From contig JAGBLL010000110.1 of assembly GCA_017635465.1 (NCBI GenBank), positions 4,908 to 68,907 on the forward strand: 64,000 nucleotides of DNA, given 5' to 3'. Each line of letters begins with the position of its first letter. Positions within the stretch are counted from its first letter, which is position 1. Source of the stretch: Bacilli bacterium. Lineage in GTDB: Bacteria; Bacillota_I; Bacilli_A; RFN20; CAG-826. Position numbers and translations under genes: made by a program. Of the stretch, positions 50,211 to 58,568 are shown piece after piece. The notes under the pieces were generated by a model. That model was given only the letters and a program-made list of their open reading frames with translations, was not told the DNA's origin and did not search any database.

Positions 50211-51107
50211 ATGGAAAATATATTTATAAATAGTGGTAACGACTATAAACTTTGTCTTTCAATTTTTGCAGTAGACAACGCTAAAGGGGTTGTGCAAATA
50301 GTGCACGGCATGCAGGAACATAAAGAAAGATATTATCCTTTCGCAGAATTCCTAAACAAAAACGGCTATAACGTCGTTGTTTCTGATATGAGAGGTCATG
50401 GTAAAGATGCACCTTTATTAGGTCACATCGCTGATAAAAAGGGTGAAAAATTACTGATTGAAGACCAACAAGTAATCTATAAATTTATCAAAGAGCGCTT
50501 TAATGATTTACCAGTTATCTTATTTGGTCATTCAATGGGTTCAATTATTTCTAGAGTCTTATTACAAACTAATTCTAAAGATTATCAAAAAGTTATTCTT
50601 TCTGGTTATGTTTCTCCAAATCCCGCGAGTGGTGTAGCGGTGACTTTAGGTAATATGATTGGTTTCTTTACTGGTAAAAGAAGATCGTCTAAATTATTAG
50701 CTTCCTTAGCTTTAGGCCCATATTCAAAAGCTGTTAAAGATAGAAAAACAGATTTAGATTGGCTTAGCTATAATGAAGAAAATGTTAAAAAATATATTGA
50801 ATCTCCACTTTGTGGCATTAAATTCTCTAATGGTTCATTTAGCGCGTTATTCCATTTATTAAATAACATGAGTAAAGCTAAAAAATATAAAGATGTTAAT
50901 GAACAATTACCAATCCTTTTAGCGGGTGGTGAAGAAGATCCATGTACTGGTGGTGAAAAGGGTAGACTAAATAGTAAGAAAGTGCTTGAAAAAGCGGGCT
51001 TTAAAGATATCACACCAATCACTTATCCAAAGATGAGACATGAGATATTAAATGAAATTGATAAGCAACAAGTTTATCAAGATATGCTAGATTTCTTGAA
51101 TAAATAA
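50211..51107 (+). CDS. alpha/beta hydrolase (lysophospholipase/monoacylglycerol-lipase-like)
   Basis: HG...H oxyanion region VHGMQEH and nucleophile elbow GHSMGS. 298 aa. Confidence 0.8.
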   Translation: MENIFINSGNDYKLCLSIFAVDNAKGVVQIVHGMQEHKERYYPFAEFLNKNGYNVVVSDMRGHGKDAPLLGHIADKKGEKLLIEDQQVIYKFIKERFNDLPVILFGHSMGSIISRVLLQTNSKDYQKVILSGYVSPNPASGVAVTLGNMIGFFTGKRRSSKLLASLALGPYSKAVKDRKTDLDWLSYNEENVKKYIESPLCGIKFSNGSFSALFHLLNNMSKAKKYKDVNEQLPILLAGGEEDPCTGGEKGRLNSKKVLEKAGFKDITPITYPKMRHEILNEIDKQQVYQDMLDFLNK

Positions 51108-51117
51108 GTTGCCTAAG

Positions 51118-51141
51118 ATCCTGAGAAATCAGGATTTTTTA
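51118..51141 (+). terminator. intrinsic terminator (TCCTGA/TCAGGA hairpin family)
   Basis: atcctga-gaaa-tcaggat followed by tttttt. Confidence 0.7.
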
Positions 51142-51161
51142 TTTAACAATAAATAGTGGAT

Positions 51162-51237
51162 AGTTAGCAATAACTAACTTTTTTCTTTACTCTTGTTAAC
51201 AGAGGTATATAATATTCACAGTTAGTTTAAACTAACC
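51162..51237 (+). promoter_or_regulatory. feo promoter region with two AGTTAG-N6-CTAAC palindromic operators
   Basis: IR1 AGTTAGcaataaCTAACT at 51162-51179. TATAAT at 51208-51213. IR2 is the perfect 16-nt palindrome GTTAGTTTAAACTAAC at 51221-51236. Confidence 0.55.
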
Positions 51238-51256
51238 ACAATAGGAGGAAACGATT

Positions 51257-51469
51257 ATGCCAATTGCCTTAGCACCATTAGATACCGAAATGAGAGTAGT
51301 AAAAGTATTACTTGATGAGAAGACAAAAAAACACTTAGAGAGTTTAGGCATTTTAGTTAATTCCTCTATCAGAATCATTTCCTCTGTTAACGGTGGAGTT
51401 GTTGTCGCTGTTAAAGAAGGAAGACTAGCATTAGATCGTTCTCTTGCTAGCAAAATTCTAGTTGCGTAG
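51257..51469 (+). CDS. feoA: FeoA family ferrous iron transport protein
   Basis: 70 aa, SH3-like FeoA pattern, SD aggagg upstream. Confidence 0.85.
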   Translation: MPIALAPLDTEMRVVKVLLDEKTKKHLESLGILVNSSIRIISSVNGGVVVAVKEGRLALDRSLASKILVA

Positions 51470-51483
51470 AAAGGAAGGAATTT

Positions 51484-51723
51484 ATGCTCAAAAAGCTAGA
51501 TGAATTTAAAGTAGGCGAGACTGGCCTAATTAAGAAAGTGGAAGGTGAAGGTCGCCTTCGTAGAAGACTATTTGATATGGGTGTGACCCCAGGGGCAAAA
51601 GTCTATTTACGTAAAAAAGCTCCATTAGGAGATCCTCTCGAAGTCACAATTAGGGGTTATGAACTCACACTTCGTAAAACAGAAGCGTGCTTAGTTACCT
51701 TAGAAGTGGAGGATGTTAAGTAA
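51484..51723 (+). CDS. feoA: FeoA family ferrous iron transport protein (second copy)
   Basis: 79 aa. LRRRLFDMGVTPG is a typical FeoA motif. Confidence 0.87.
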   Translation: MLKKLDEFKVGETGLIKKVEGEGRLRRRLFDMGVTPGAKVYLRKKAPLGDPLEVTIRGYELTLRKTEACLVTLEVEDVK

Positions 51724-51724
51724 T

Positions 51725-54076
51725 ATGAAACGTTTCGCTTTAGCGGGTAACCCAAACTGTGGTAAAACCACATTGTTTAATAACTTAACCGGTAGTACCG
51801 CGCATGTTGGTAACTGGCCAGGTGTTACAGTCGAAAAGAAAGATGGTGTTTATAAGAAATTAGGTGAACACGTCGCCATTATCGACTTACCTGGTATTTA
51901 TTCTTTAAGTCCATATACTAACGAAGAAGTTATTTCTCGTAACTATATCCTTGATGAAAAACCAGATTGCGTGATCAACATTGTTGACGCCACTAACTTA
52001 GAAAGAAACTTATATTTAACTACTCAATTATTAGAAATCGATGTTCCAGTGGTCGTGGCCCTTAACATGATGGACGTCCTTGATAAACAAGGAGACAAAA
52101 TCGACGCTGATGAATTATCTAAGAAATTGGGTGTTCCAGTTATTAAGGTTTCCGCTTTAAAAGAAAGTAACCTTGATGACTTAATGCAAGCGGCTTATAA
52201 AGCCAGCCAAAGAGAAAGAAAAGGTCAAACCATTCTTGATGATAAGGATTTATTACATCTTGTTGGTGACTTAACTATCGCTTTCAAAGGCAAGAAAGTC
52301 GCTAATCCATTATTCCATGCGATTAAACTCGCAGAAGGTGATGAAATTGAAGTCAAAGACCATGAAGACTTAATGGAAATGGTCGCTGAATTCAAAAAGA
52401 CAATTAAAAACGATGTCTTTGGTGATGATATTGAAGCGATTATCGCTGATAAACGCTACAACTACATCGCTAATAACTACTCCAGTGTTTTGACAAAGCA
52501 CAAAGAAGAAGTAGTTGAACCAAAGAATGAAAAAGAAGCGGAAAAAGCTAAAAAGAACGCTAATAGTACCAAGAGTGACAGAATCGATAGAGTCTTAACT
52601 CATAAGGTGTGGGGCTTACTCATCTTTGCCGTCATCTTATTCTTAGTGTTCCACCTTACCTTCGCTGAAAACTTATTCTTCTTAGGTGGTTTATTTAAAG
52701 ATGTTGCTCCTTCATTTGAAGGCTCAATCTATGAAGGTTTATTCTGGACTGATGCTGGTATCAATTCTCCTGGTGTCATTCTCTTTAACTTCTTTGATAT
52801 GTCATTCTCCGCGATTATTGATGCGGTTAGTGGGGCGATGGAAGGTAATGTTCCAGCCTGGTTCCAAGGATTTATTTGTGATGGTGTATTAAGTGGCTTA
52901 TTCGCTATCTTAGGATTCTTACCACAAATCTTATTCTTATTCTTGTTCTTCTCTATTATGGAAGATAGCGGATATATGGCTCGTGTGGCCTTTATCTTAG
53001 ATAGAATCTTCCGTAAATTTGGTTTATCTGGTAGAGCATTCATCCCAATGATTATGGGCTTTGGTTGCTCCGTTCCAGCGATGATCAATACACGTACCTT
53101 AGCCGATGATAAAGAAAAGACCGCGACAATTAGAGTTATTCCATTCTTCTCTTGTGGCGCGAAATTACCAATCTTAGTGGCTATTGCTGGTGGTATTGTT
53201 GAACACTTCGGTTTCTCTAACGCTGATATCATTACATATTCTATGTATGTTGTGGGTATTGTGGCCGCTATTACATGTTTAATCGTAATGAGAAAGACCA
53301 CAATGAGAGGCGATGTTGCTCCATTCATTATGGAACTTCCTGCCTATCACTGGCCACAATTCAAGGCTTTAATGATTCACTTATGGGATAAAGCTAAACA
53401 CTTCGTTAAGAAAGCTTTCACCATCATCTTAGCGAGTACCATTGTCATTTGGTTCTTATCTAACTTTGGTTGGAACTGGCATATGGTCGAAAGCATTGAT
53501 GAATCAATCTTAGGTAGCCTTGGTCAATTAGTGCAACCATTATTCACTCCATTAGGCTTTGGTTCACAATTAACATCAATTGGTTGGGTGTTTGCCGTTG
53601 CTGCTATTACTGGTTTAATCGCCAAAGAAAACGTTGTTGCGACATTCATCACTTTAGGTGCTGTTGCCTTAGCGTTCTTAAACAGTGGTGCGGTCAATGA
53701 AGATCTTCTCGCCGCTATTGAAGCAGATGAAGAAGGTATTGAAGCAACAGTAGCCATGATTGAAGCTTCTGGTATTACATGGCAAGGTTGTATCTCATTT
53801 ATTGCCTTCAACATGTTAACAATTCCATGCTTTGCTGCTTGTGCGACTGCTAGAGCAGAATTACCAAAAGGTCAATTCAAATGGACATTATTGTTCTGGG
53901 TTGTTGCCTCCTATGTTGGTGCATCATTTATCTATTGCTTCTTAAGCATGTTCTCTGTTAATTCCTTAGCGTGGGCTATTCCAGTCACAATTGGTTTAAT
54001 TGCCCTTGCTGTTGGCGCTTGCTTCTTCATTCATTTCTATAATAAGAAACAAGATCAAAAAAGATTAGGAGCTTAA
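51725..54076 (+). CDS. feoB: ferrous iron transporter FeoB
   Basis: G-domain GNPNCGKTT, DLPG, NMMD. Polytopic C-terminal permease. Start placed at ATG 51725, downstream of SD ggagg at 51707-51711. Confidence 0.95.
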   Translation: MKRFALAGNPNCGKTTLFNNLTGSTAHVGNWPGVTVEKKDGVYKKLGEHVAIIDLPGIYSLSPYTNEEVISRNYILDEKPDCVINIVDATNLERNLYLTTQLLEIDVPVVVALNMMDVLDKQGDKIDADELSKKLGVPVIKVSALKESNLDDLMQAAYKASQRERKGQTILDDKDLLHLVGDLTIAFKGKKVANPLFHAIKLAEGDEIEVKDHEDLMEMVAEFKKTIKNDVFGDDIEAIIADKRYNYIANNYSSVLTKHKEEVVEPKNEKEAEKAKKNANSTKSDRIDRVLTHKVWGLLIFAVILFLVFHLTFAENLFFLGGLFKDVAPSFEGSIYEGLFWTDAGINSPGVILFNFFDMSFSAIIDAVSGAMEGNVPAWFQGFICDGVLSGLFAILGFLPQILFLFLFFSIMEDSGYMARVAFILDRIFRKFGLSGRAFIPMIMGFGCSVPAMINTRTLADDKEKTATIRVIPFFSCGAKLPILVAIAGGIVEHFGFSNADIITYSMYVVGIVAAITCLIVMRKTTMRGDVAPFIMELPAYHWPQFKALMIHLWDKAKHFVKKAFTIILASTIVIWFLSNFGWNWHMVESIDESILGSLGQLVQPLFTPLGFGSQLTSIGWVFAVAAITGLIAKENVVATFITLGAVALAFLNSGAVNEDLLAAIEADEEGIEATVAMIEASGITWQGCISFIAFNMLTIPCFAACATARAELPKGQFKWTLLFWVVASYVGASFIYCFLSMFSVNSLAWAIPVTIGLIALAVGACFFIHFYNKKQDQKRLGA

Positions 54077-54077
54077 T

Positions 54078-54278
54078 ATGAGCGAAACAGCATTATCGAT
54101 TCTTCTTGCGGTATTGTGTATTACCTTCTCAGTGGGTTTGATTGGCTTTCTTATTGCCAGTTATGTCTATAAAAGAAAACATAATATCCCTACAGGAGAT
54201 TGTGCGTACTGTCATAAAGGCACGAAAAAAATGCTGGATGAATATCATAAATGCTACTGTCAAAATAAAAATAAATAG
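54078..54278 (+). CDS. FeoB-associated Cys-rich small membrane protein
   Basis: 66 aa. One TM helix then CAYCHKG...CYC. Translationally coupled to feoB. Confidence 0.62.
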   Translation: MSETALSILLAVLCITFSVGLIGFLIASYVYKRKHNIPTGDCAYCHKGTKKMLDEYHKCYCQNKNK

Positions 54279-54293
54279 CTAATAAAAAAACTA

Positions 54294-54323
54294 AGACGTC
54301 TCAATATTGAGGCGTCTTTTTTG
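54294..54323. terminator. bidirectional intrinsic terminator
   Basis: agacgtctca-atat-tgaggcgtct (one G.U pair) with an A-run and T-run on the flanks. Confidence 0.7.
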
Positions 54324-54325
54324 CA

Positions 54326-54667
54326 TTAAGCAACTTGCAATGACATTTCAAATAATTCTTTTATTTGATAGATACTTTTTGTAACTACTTCATATACAGT
54401 GGTGTAATCTGTTTTGCCGTAATCATGGACAATGCGATTTCTAAATCCGACAATATCAGACCATGGTATATAGCTGTGATTGTTTTTAAAATCCGCTGAA
54501 AGATTTTTGATGTGCTCAATCATTTGCTGCAATCTGAACAAAGTCGCATCAATAGTTTTATAATCTTTCATGAATTCGTCATAAGAATAGCCATTTGTGT
54601 AATTGATAATTGCTTTGATTTCAATTAATGCCTTTTCCATATAGTATGGATCAGGTTTACTACCCAT
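54326..54667 (-). CDS. HepT-like (DUF86/HEPN) toxin
   Basis: R-x4-H-x-Y motif RNRIVHDY. 113 aa. Overlaps the upstream MNT gene by 8 nt. Confidence 0.85.
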   Translation of the reverse strand: MGSKPDPYYMEKALIEIKAIINYTNGYSYDEFMKDYKTIDATLFRLQQMIEHIKNLSADFKNNHSYIPWSDIVGFRNRIVHDYGKTDYTTVYEVVTKSIYQIKELFEMSLQVA

Positions 54668-55139
54668 AAATCTTAATTCCTTCTTTCATTATTACATTGA
54701 TCAAATCGATATTGTTATTGAGTTCGCTACTTCTTATAAGATCGACTTTCTTATGAAGAACTTGTCTTGCTCTTTCAATCAAACCAACAAATCTTAATCC
54801 AGAAAGAGAAGAAGAAACATATAAATCCACATCGCTAGTTTCTGTAGCTGTTCCTTTAGCGTAGCTTCCAAATAAGAAACAGAATTCAATTTCGCCTTTA
54901 TAATCAGTATTGAAAAGGTCAGTCAGTAATTGTTTTATTAACTCTATTGTTAACAAACCTTTTTCTTCACTGATTTCACAATGCTTGTTTAACAGTTCAA
55001 TAAACATTTGACGCTTTAATGTGCTGCCATAATTTTCGTCAAGCTCATATCTTCTTAGAGACCTTACTGGTATACCAATAATATTGGCTGCTTCGATTTG
55101 CGATAAATTATATTGTATTCTTACCCCTTTTAAAGTCAT
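54660..55139 (-). CDS. MNT-type nucleotidyltransferase antitoxin fused to an N-terminal XRE HTH domain
   Basis: HTH (YNLSQIEAANIIGIPVRSLRRYE) followed by the NTase motif GSYAKGTATETSDVDLYV. Confidence 0.8.
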   Translation of the reverse strand: MTLKGVRIQYNLSQIEAANIIGIPVRSLRRYELDENYGSTLKRQMFIELLNKHCEISEEKGLLTIELIKQLLTDLFNTDYKGEIEFCFLFGSYAKGTATETSDVDLYVSSSLSGLRFVGLIERARQVLHKKVDLIRSSELNNNIDLINVIMKEGIKIYG

Positions 55140-55169
55140 ATATAATCACCATCTTTATAATAGCAGTAT

Positions 55170-55239
55170 TGTCCTAATATGTAAATTAAAAAAGGACAAA
55201 ATGTCCTAACAGTTTAATATCAAGAGGACAAAACGTCCC
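55170..55239 (-). promoter_or_regulatory. operator-like repeats upstream of the HTH-MNT/HepT operon
   Basis: Perfect IR AGGACAaaaTGTCCT at 55193-55207, imperfect copy AGGACAaaaCGTCCC at 55225-55239, half-site TGTCCT at 55170-55175. Confidence 0.45.
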
Positions 55240-55293
55240 ATTTGAATGTTAATGATAATAAAAAGCGATGATAGCATCGCTAGTTTTCTAAAT

Positions 55294-55368
55294 TGGCTGG
55301 GGTGACTGGGATCGAACCAGTGAATAGTGAATTCAGAGTCCACTGCCTTACCGCTTGGCGACACCCCA
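55294..55368 (-). tRNA. tRNA-Gln (anticodon CUG)
   Basis: The reverse complement folds as a cloverleaf. Acceptor TGGGGTG/CACCCCA, anticodon stem GTGGA/TTCAC with loop CTCTGAA, T-loop TTCGATC, encoded CCA. Confidence 0.9.
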
Positions 55369-55380
55369 AATTCAGTTATA

Positions 55381-55626
55381 TTAATACTGGTCTTCCTGAT
55401 ATAAACGCACTTCAGTGACGCCTGGGACTTCTTCTTGTAAAATAACTTCCACTAAGTCTTTGATATCGTTATTCGCGTAAGCGCAGTCCTGACAAGCACC
55501 ATGTAAGCGCACATAAACAACACCTTCATCAAAAGAGACGAATTCCACATCGCCTCCATCCCTTTGAAGGAAGTGTCTAATTTTATCTAATGTAGCAACA
55601 ATAAGTTTTTCGCGGTCATCTTTCAT
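55381..55626 (-). CDS. NifU-like Fe-S cluster assembly domain protein
   Basis: 81 aa. GGDVEFV and GAC..C motif (HGACQDC). Confidence 0.85.
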   Translation of the reverse strand: MKDDREKLIVATLDKIRHFLQRDGGDVEFVSFDEGVVYVRLHGACQDCAYANNDIKDLVEVILQEEVPGVTEVRLYQEDQY

Positions 55627-55727
55627 AACGCATAAGATATTAACACATTAAAAATAAAATGGTTAACAAAACGTCTTAAAAAAATATTTTTATTCAAAAA
55701 TAGTTATTAAAAAACTATAATAACGAT

Positions 55728-56141
55728 ATGAAACTAGTCATTGAAGATTATAAAGACGCTAAAGCGGCTATCGCCGGATTATTTCAATTTGAAGAAAACG
55801 CTAAATTCACACAAACAATTCTTGCTGTGACTGAGAATAGTTTCCTTTTCTATAACGACAATAAGCCAGACATGGTGGAAGGGGATAATTATAAATATAA
55901 TGTTAAATTAAGATTAAACATTGAAGATTATCCACTTGTAGTGGTAGAAAAGATTGCTAAAAATTATCAACTCTCTAATATGGGAAGATTAAATTTCTGG
56001 TGTGATGAACCTGAAAAGTGCTTTGAATTTTATTATTTCCTCAATGATAAAAGAGATGTCCAAGAGTTTATTAAAGAATTAAAAAACTCTGGTATTAAGA
56101 TTAAAAAAAGAAAAGTTGATTTAGCTTTAGATACTTACTAA
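55728..56141 (+). CDS. hypothetical protein (137 aa)
   Basis: ORF with no recognisable motif. Confidence 0.4.
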   Translation: MKLVIEDYKDAKAAIAGLFQFEENAKFTQTILAVTENSFLFYNDNKPDMVEGDNYKYNVKLRLNIEDYPLVVVEKIAKNYQLSNMGRLNFWCDEPEKCFEFYYFLNDKRDVQEFIKELKNSGIKIKKRKVDLALDTY

Positions 56142-56195
56142 ATAAAGAAAGTCATAATCCTTTTCGTAGAAAAGTCAATTTTTAAATTTGCCTTA

Positions 56196-57536
56196 ATGGC
56201 TATCTTATATACTATGTCAAAAAAGAAATTAACGATTGCCGAACAACTAGCCAAAAGAGAATATAAAACACCATCCAATATGGCGTGGTTCTTTTATGGC
56301 TTGTTAGCGAGATCGCCTTTCTTTGGCCCTAAATATCATGTGACATATAAAAAGCTTGACGATATTAACAAATATAAAGGTCCTGCTTTTATCATTTGGA
56401 ATCATCAATCTAGAAGAGATTATTTATTCTTAAAGAATTTAATCGCTCCTCATAAATTTAATATGCTCGCTGGTTATCAAGAATTCTTTAGAAAGAAATT
56501 TGTTTGGCTATTTAAAAAAGCCCAAGTCATTCCTAAGAAGAATTTCACTAATGACCCAAAAAGTATAAGAGCGATGGACCGCATCATCAAAAGTGGTGGT
56601 ACAGTGGCTTTTGCCCCTGAAGGAACATCGTCAATATTTGGTTACAATCAACCAATCGTTCCTGGAACAGGAAGATTTTTAAAACATTATCATATTCCTG
56701 TTTATTTCATGAAACTTGAAGGTGCTTATTTAACATCTCATAAAGTATGTATTGATGACCGTATTGGTAAAGTTAATGCGACTTTATCTTTATTGTTCAC
56801 TCCTGAAGATTTAAAGATTATGACTCCAGAAGAAATTGATAATAAAATCAATGAAGCCTTCCGTCATGATGATTATAAATGGAACAAGATACATCATATT
56901 AAATATAAGAGCAAAGGTCGTATTATGACCAATATGCAAGATATGTTATATCGCTGCCCAAGATGTGATTCCGAAATGGAAATGGACGCAGCGGGTAAAT
57001 ATATTAAATGCCGTCACTGTGGTAATGGGGCGATTATGGATGATTATTATGATTTCCATCCATTTGATGATACTTGTAAAGTCTTTGATACCCCAACTGA
57101 TTGGGTGGACTGGGAAAGAAGACATGTTATTAAGGAAATCAGAAGAAAGAAAGATTTCTGCTTAGAAGAAGAAGTTGATATCGGTGAACTTCCAACATAT
57201 AAACCAATTAAAGATAATTCTAAAACATCTATACCATGTGGTCATGGTGTCATTAAATTTGATCACGATGGTATTCATTTTGATGGCACAAAAAATAATG
57301 AACCATGGCATTTTGATTTATCATACAGTGTCGTTTATTCCCCAATTATTGAAAATGATTTAACGCAATTCGCTCTCGCTGTTAATGAACAAATATATGA
57401 TTTTATTCCAAAAAATCATGTCGTTGGCAAGATAATTCTTGTCGTCGAAGAGATGCATCGCTTACACTTTAATACGTGGAAGAATTTCCCTTGGAATGAT
57501 TATATGTACGAGGGTACTGAATTGGAGAAAAAATAA
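56196..57536 (+). CDS. PlsC-family lysophospholipid acyltransferase with internal Zn-ribbon and C-terminal extension
   Basis: HX4D motif NHQSRRD, PEGT motif FAPEGTSS, CPRC...CRHC ribbon (about 56953-57025). Confidence 0.7.
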   Translation: MAILYTMSKKKLTIAEQLAKREYKTPSNMAWFFYGLLARSPFFGPKYHVTYKKLDDINKYKGPAFIIWNHQSRRDYLFLKNLIAPHKFNMLAGYQEFFRKKFVWLFKKAQVIPKKNFTNDPKSIRAMDRIIKSGGTVAFAPEGTSSIFGYNQPIVPGTGRFLKHYHIPVYFMKLEGAYLTSHKVCIDDRIGKVNATLSLLFTPEDLKIMTPEEIDNKINEAFRHDDYKWNKIHHIKYKSKGRIMTNMQDMLYRCPRCDSEMEMDAAGKYIKCRHCGNGAIMDDYYDFHPFDDTCKVFDTPTDWVDWERRHVIKEIRRKKDFCLEEEVDIGELPTYKPIKDNSKTSIPCGHGVIKFDHDGIHFDGTKNNEPWHFDLSYSVVYSPIIENDLTQFALAVNEQIYDFIPKNHVVGKIILVVEEMHRLHFNTWKNFPWNDYMYEGTELEKK

Positions 57537-58453
57537 TGTATTACGTTCCCTATTTTAAAAGCAAAAAGCACATTATCTCTTTTGTGTCTTTTATTGTTGG
57601 CCATTCTTTAAATGTTGTTTTATTTGTCGCTGGCATTATTGTGACATTATTAAGCAAAGAACCAGATATTCAAAAAGATCCAGTAGTTACTGGCTTTGTT
57701 GTGGCCCTAATCATCTCAGTATTCTTAAGCATCTTTTTAACTATCTATTTCATCATCGATTTAGTGTCATTTAATATTACTAAACGCAAAGCTAAAACAC
57801 TAAAAAAGAACAATGTTGAAGTAGTGCTTAATAAAGCACCGATATCAATAAATAAAGATGAAACATTAAGAACAGCGATAGGGGATGCTATCGCGGACGT
57901 CAAAAGCAAAGAAGAAGAAATCACTCCTGAATATCAAAAGACAGAAGAATATAAACCAAGTTATAAGAAATCATTGATGATATTTATATACGCTAACTGG
58001 TTATCATTAGTTATTTTTGTACCAATATGTTTAGCAGCATTTACTGGATTAGTGTTCTTATTAAATCTTAATGATACTAATAAAGCGCTTATTCAAACCG
58101 CGATTGTCTGTGGCACTTTTATTCTTGGCATAATTACCGCTATTCTTTTATTTCCAGCAGTCATGGTTAGAAACCAAAAGAAACTGCATCCTGATGAAAC
58201 TGGTATTAGAATCTATCAAGACACAATTGAATACTATATGCACATCAATCAAGATGTGAAAGGTCAAAATATCGACGCTAAATTAAAAACAACAATTGAA
58301 ATATCAAAGATGAAATATTTTGAAACGAAGAAGCGTTTCTTCGCTAAACAAAGAATATTTAAGCAATATTCAGTTTTGATTATTACAAAAGACGAACAAT
58401 CAAACGAACTATTAGATATCATTCATAATAAAATCAAAGATAATAGAAAATAG
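57536..58453 (+). CDS. hypothetical membrane protein, translationally coupled to the acyltransferase
   Basis: ATAATG overlap with the upstream stop. Four TM helices in two pairs plus a soluble C-terminus. Confidence 0.5.
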   Translation: MYYVPYFKSKKHIISFVSFIVGHSLNVVLFVAGIIVTLLSKEPDIQKDPVVTGFVVALIISVFLSIFLTIYFIIDLVSFNITKRKAKTLKKNNVEVVLNKAPISINKDETLRTAIGDAIADVKSKEEEITPEYQKTEEYKPSYKKSLMIFIYANWLSLVIFVPICLAAFTGLVFLLNLNDTNKALIQTAIVCGTFILGIITAILLFPAVMVRNQKKLHPDETGIRIYQDTIEYYMHINQDVKGQNIDAKLKTTIEISKMKYFETKKRFFAKQRIFKQYSVLIITKDEQSNELLDIIHNKIKDNRK

Positions 58454-58488
58454 CCTCCATCATTTTTAACTAGATGGTGGCGTTTTTT
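58453..58488 (+). terminator. intrinsic terminator
   Basis: gcctccatc-N11-gatggtggc (one mismatch) followed by gtttttt. Confidence 0.5.
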
Positions 58489-58514
58489 CTATTGAAAGTA
58501 AATTTATACTGCCT

Positions 58515-58554
58515 TATAATTATGGTGACAAAAATGTCAGTGACAAAAATGTCA
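58515..58554 (+). promoter_or_regulatory. -10 box followed by a perfect tandem duplication of a 15-nt palindromic site
   Basis: TATAAT at 58515-58520. gTGACAaaaaTGTCA at 58525-58539 is repeated exactly at 58540-58554. SD aaggagagg follows. Confidence 0.55.
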
Positions 58555-58568
58555 GTAAGGAGAGGATT

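Noticed and set aside
52729-53328. 199-aa antisense ORF inside feoB. Similar shadow ORFs occur elsewhere (46196..46576, 39248..39610, 14196..14501, 11302..11610, 19854..20174).
   Set aside because: They lie fully inside strongly supported genes on the opposite strand and have biased low-complexity composition with no SD. These are typical shadow ORFs of AT-rich coding sequence.
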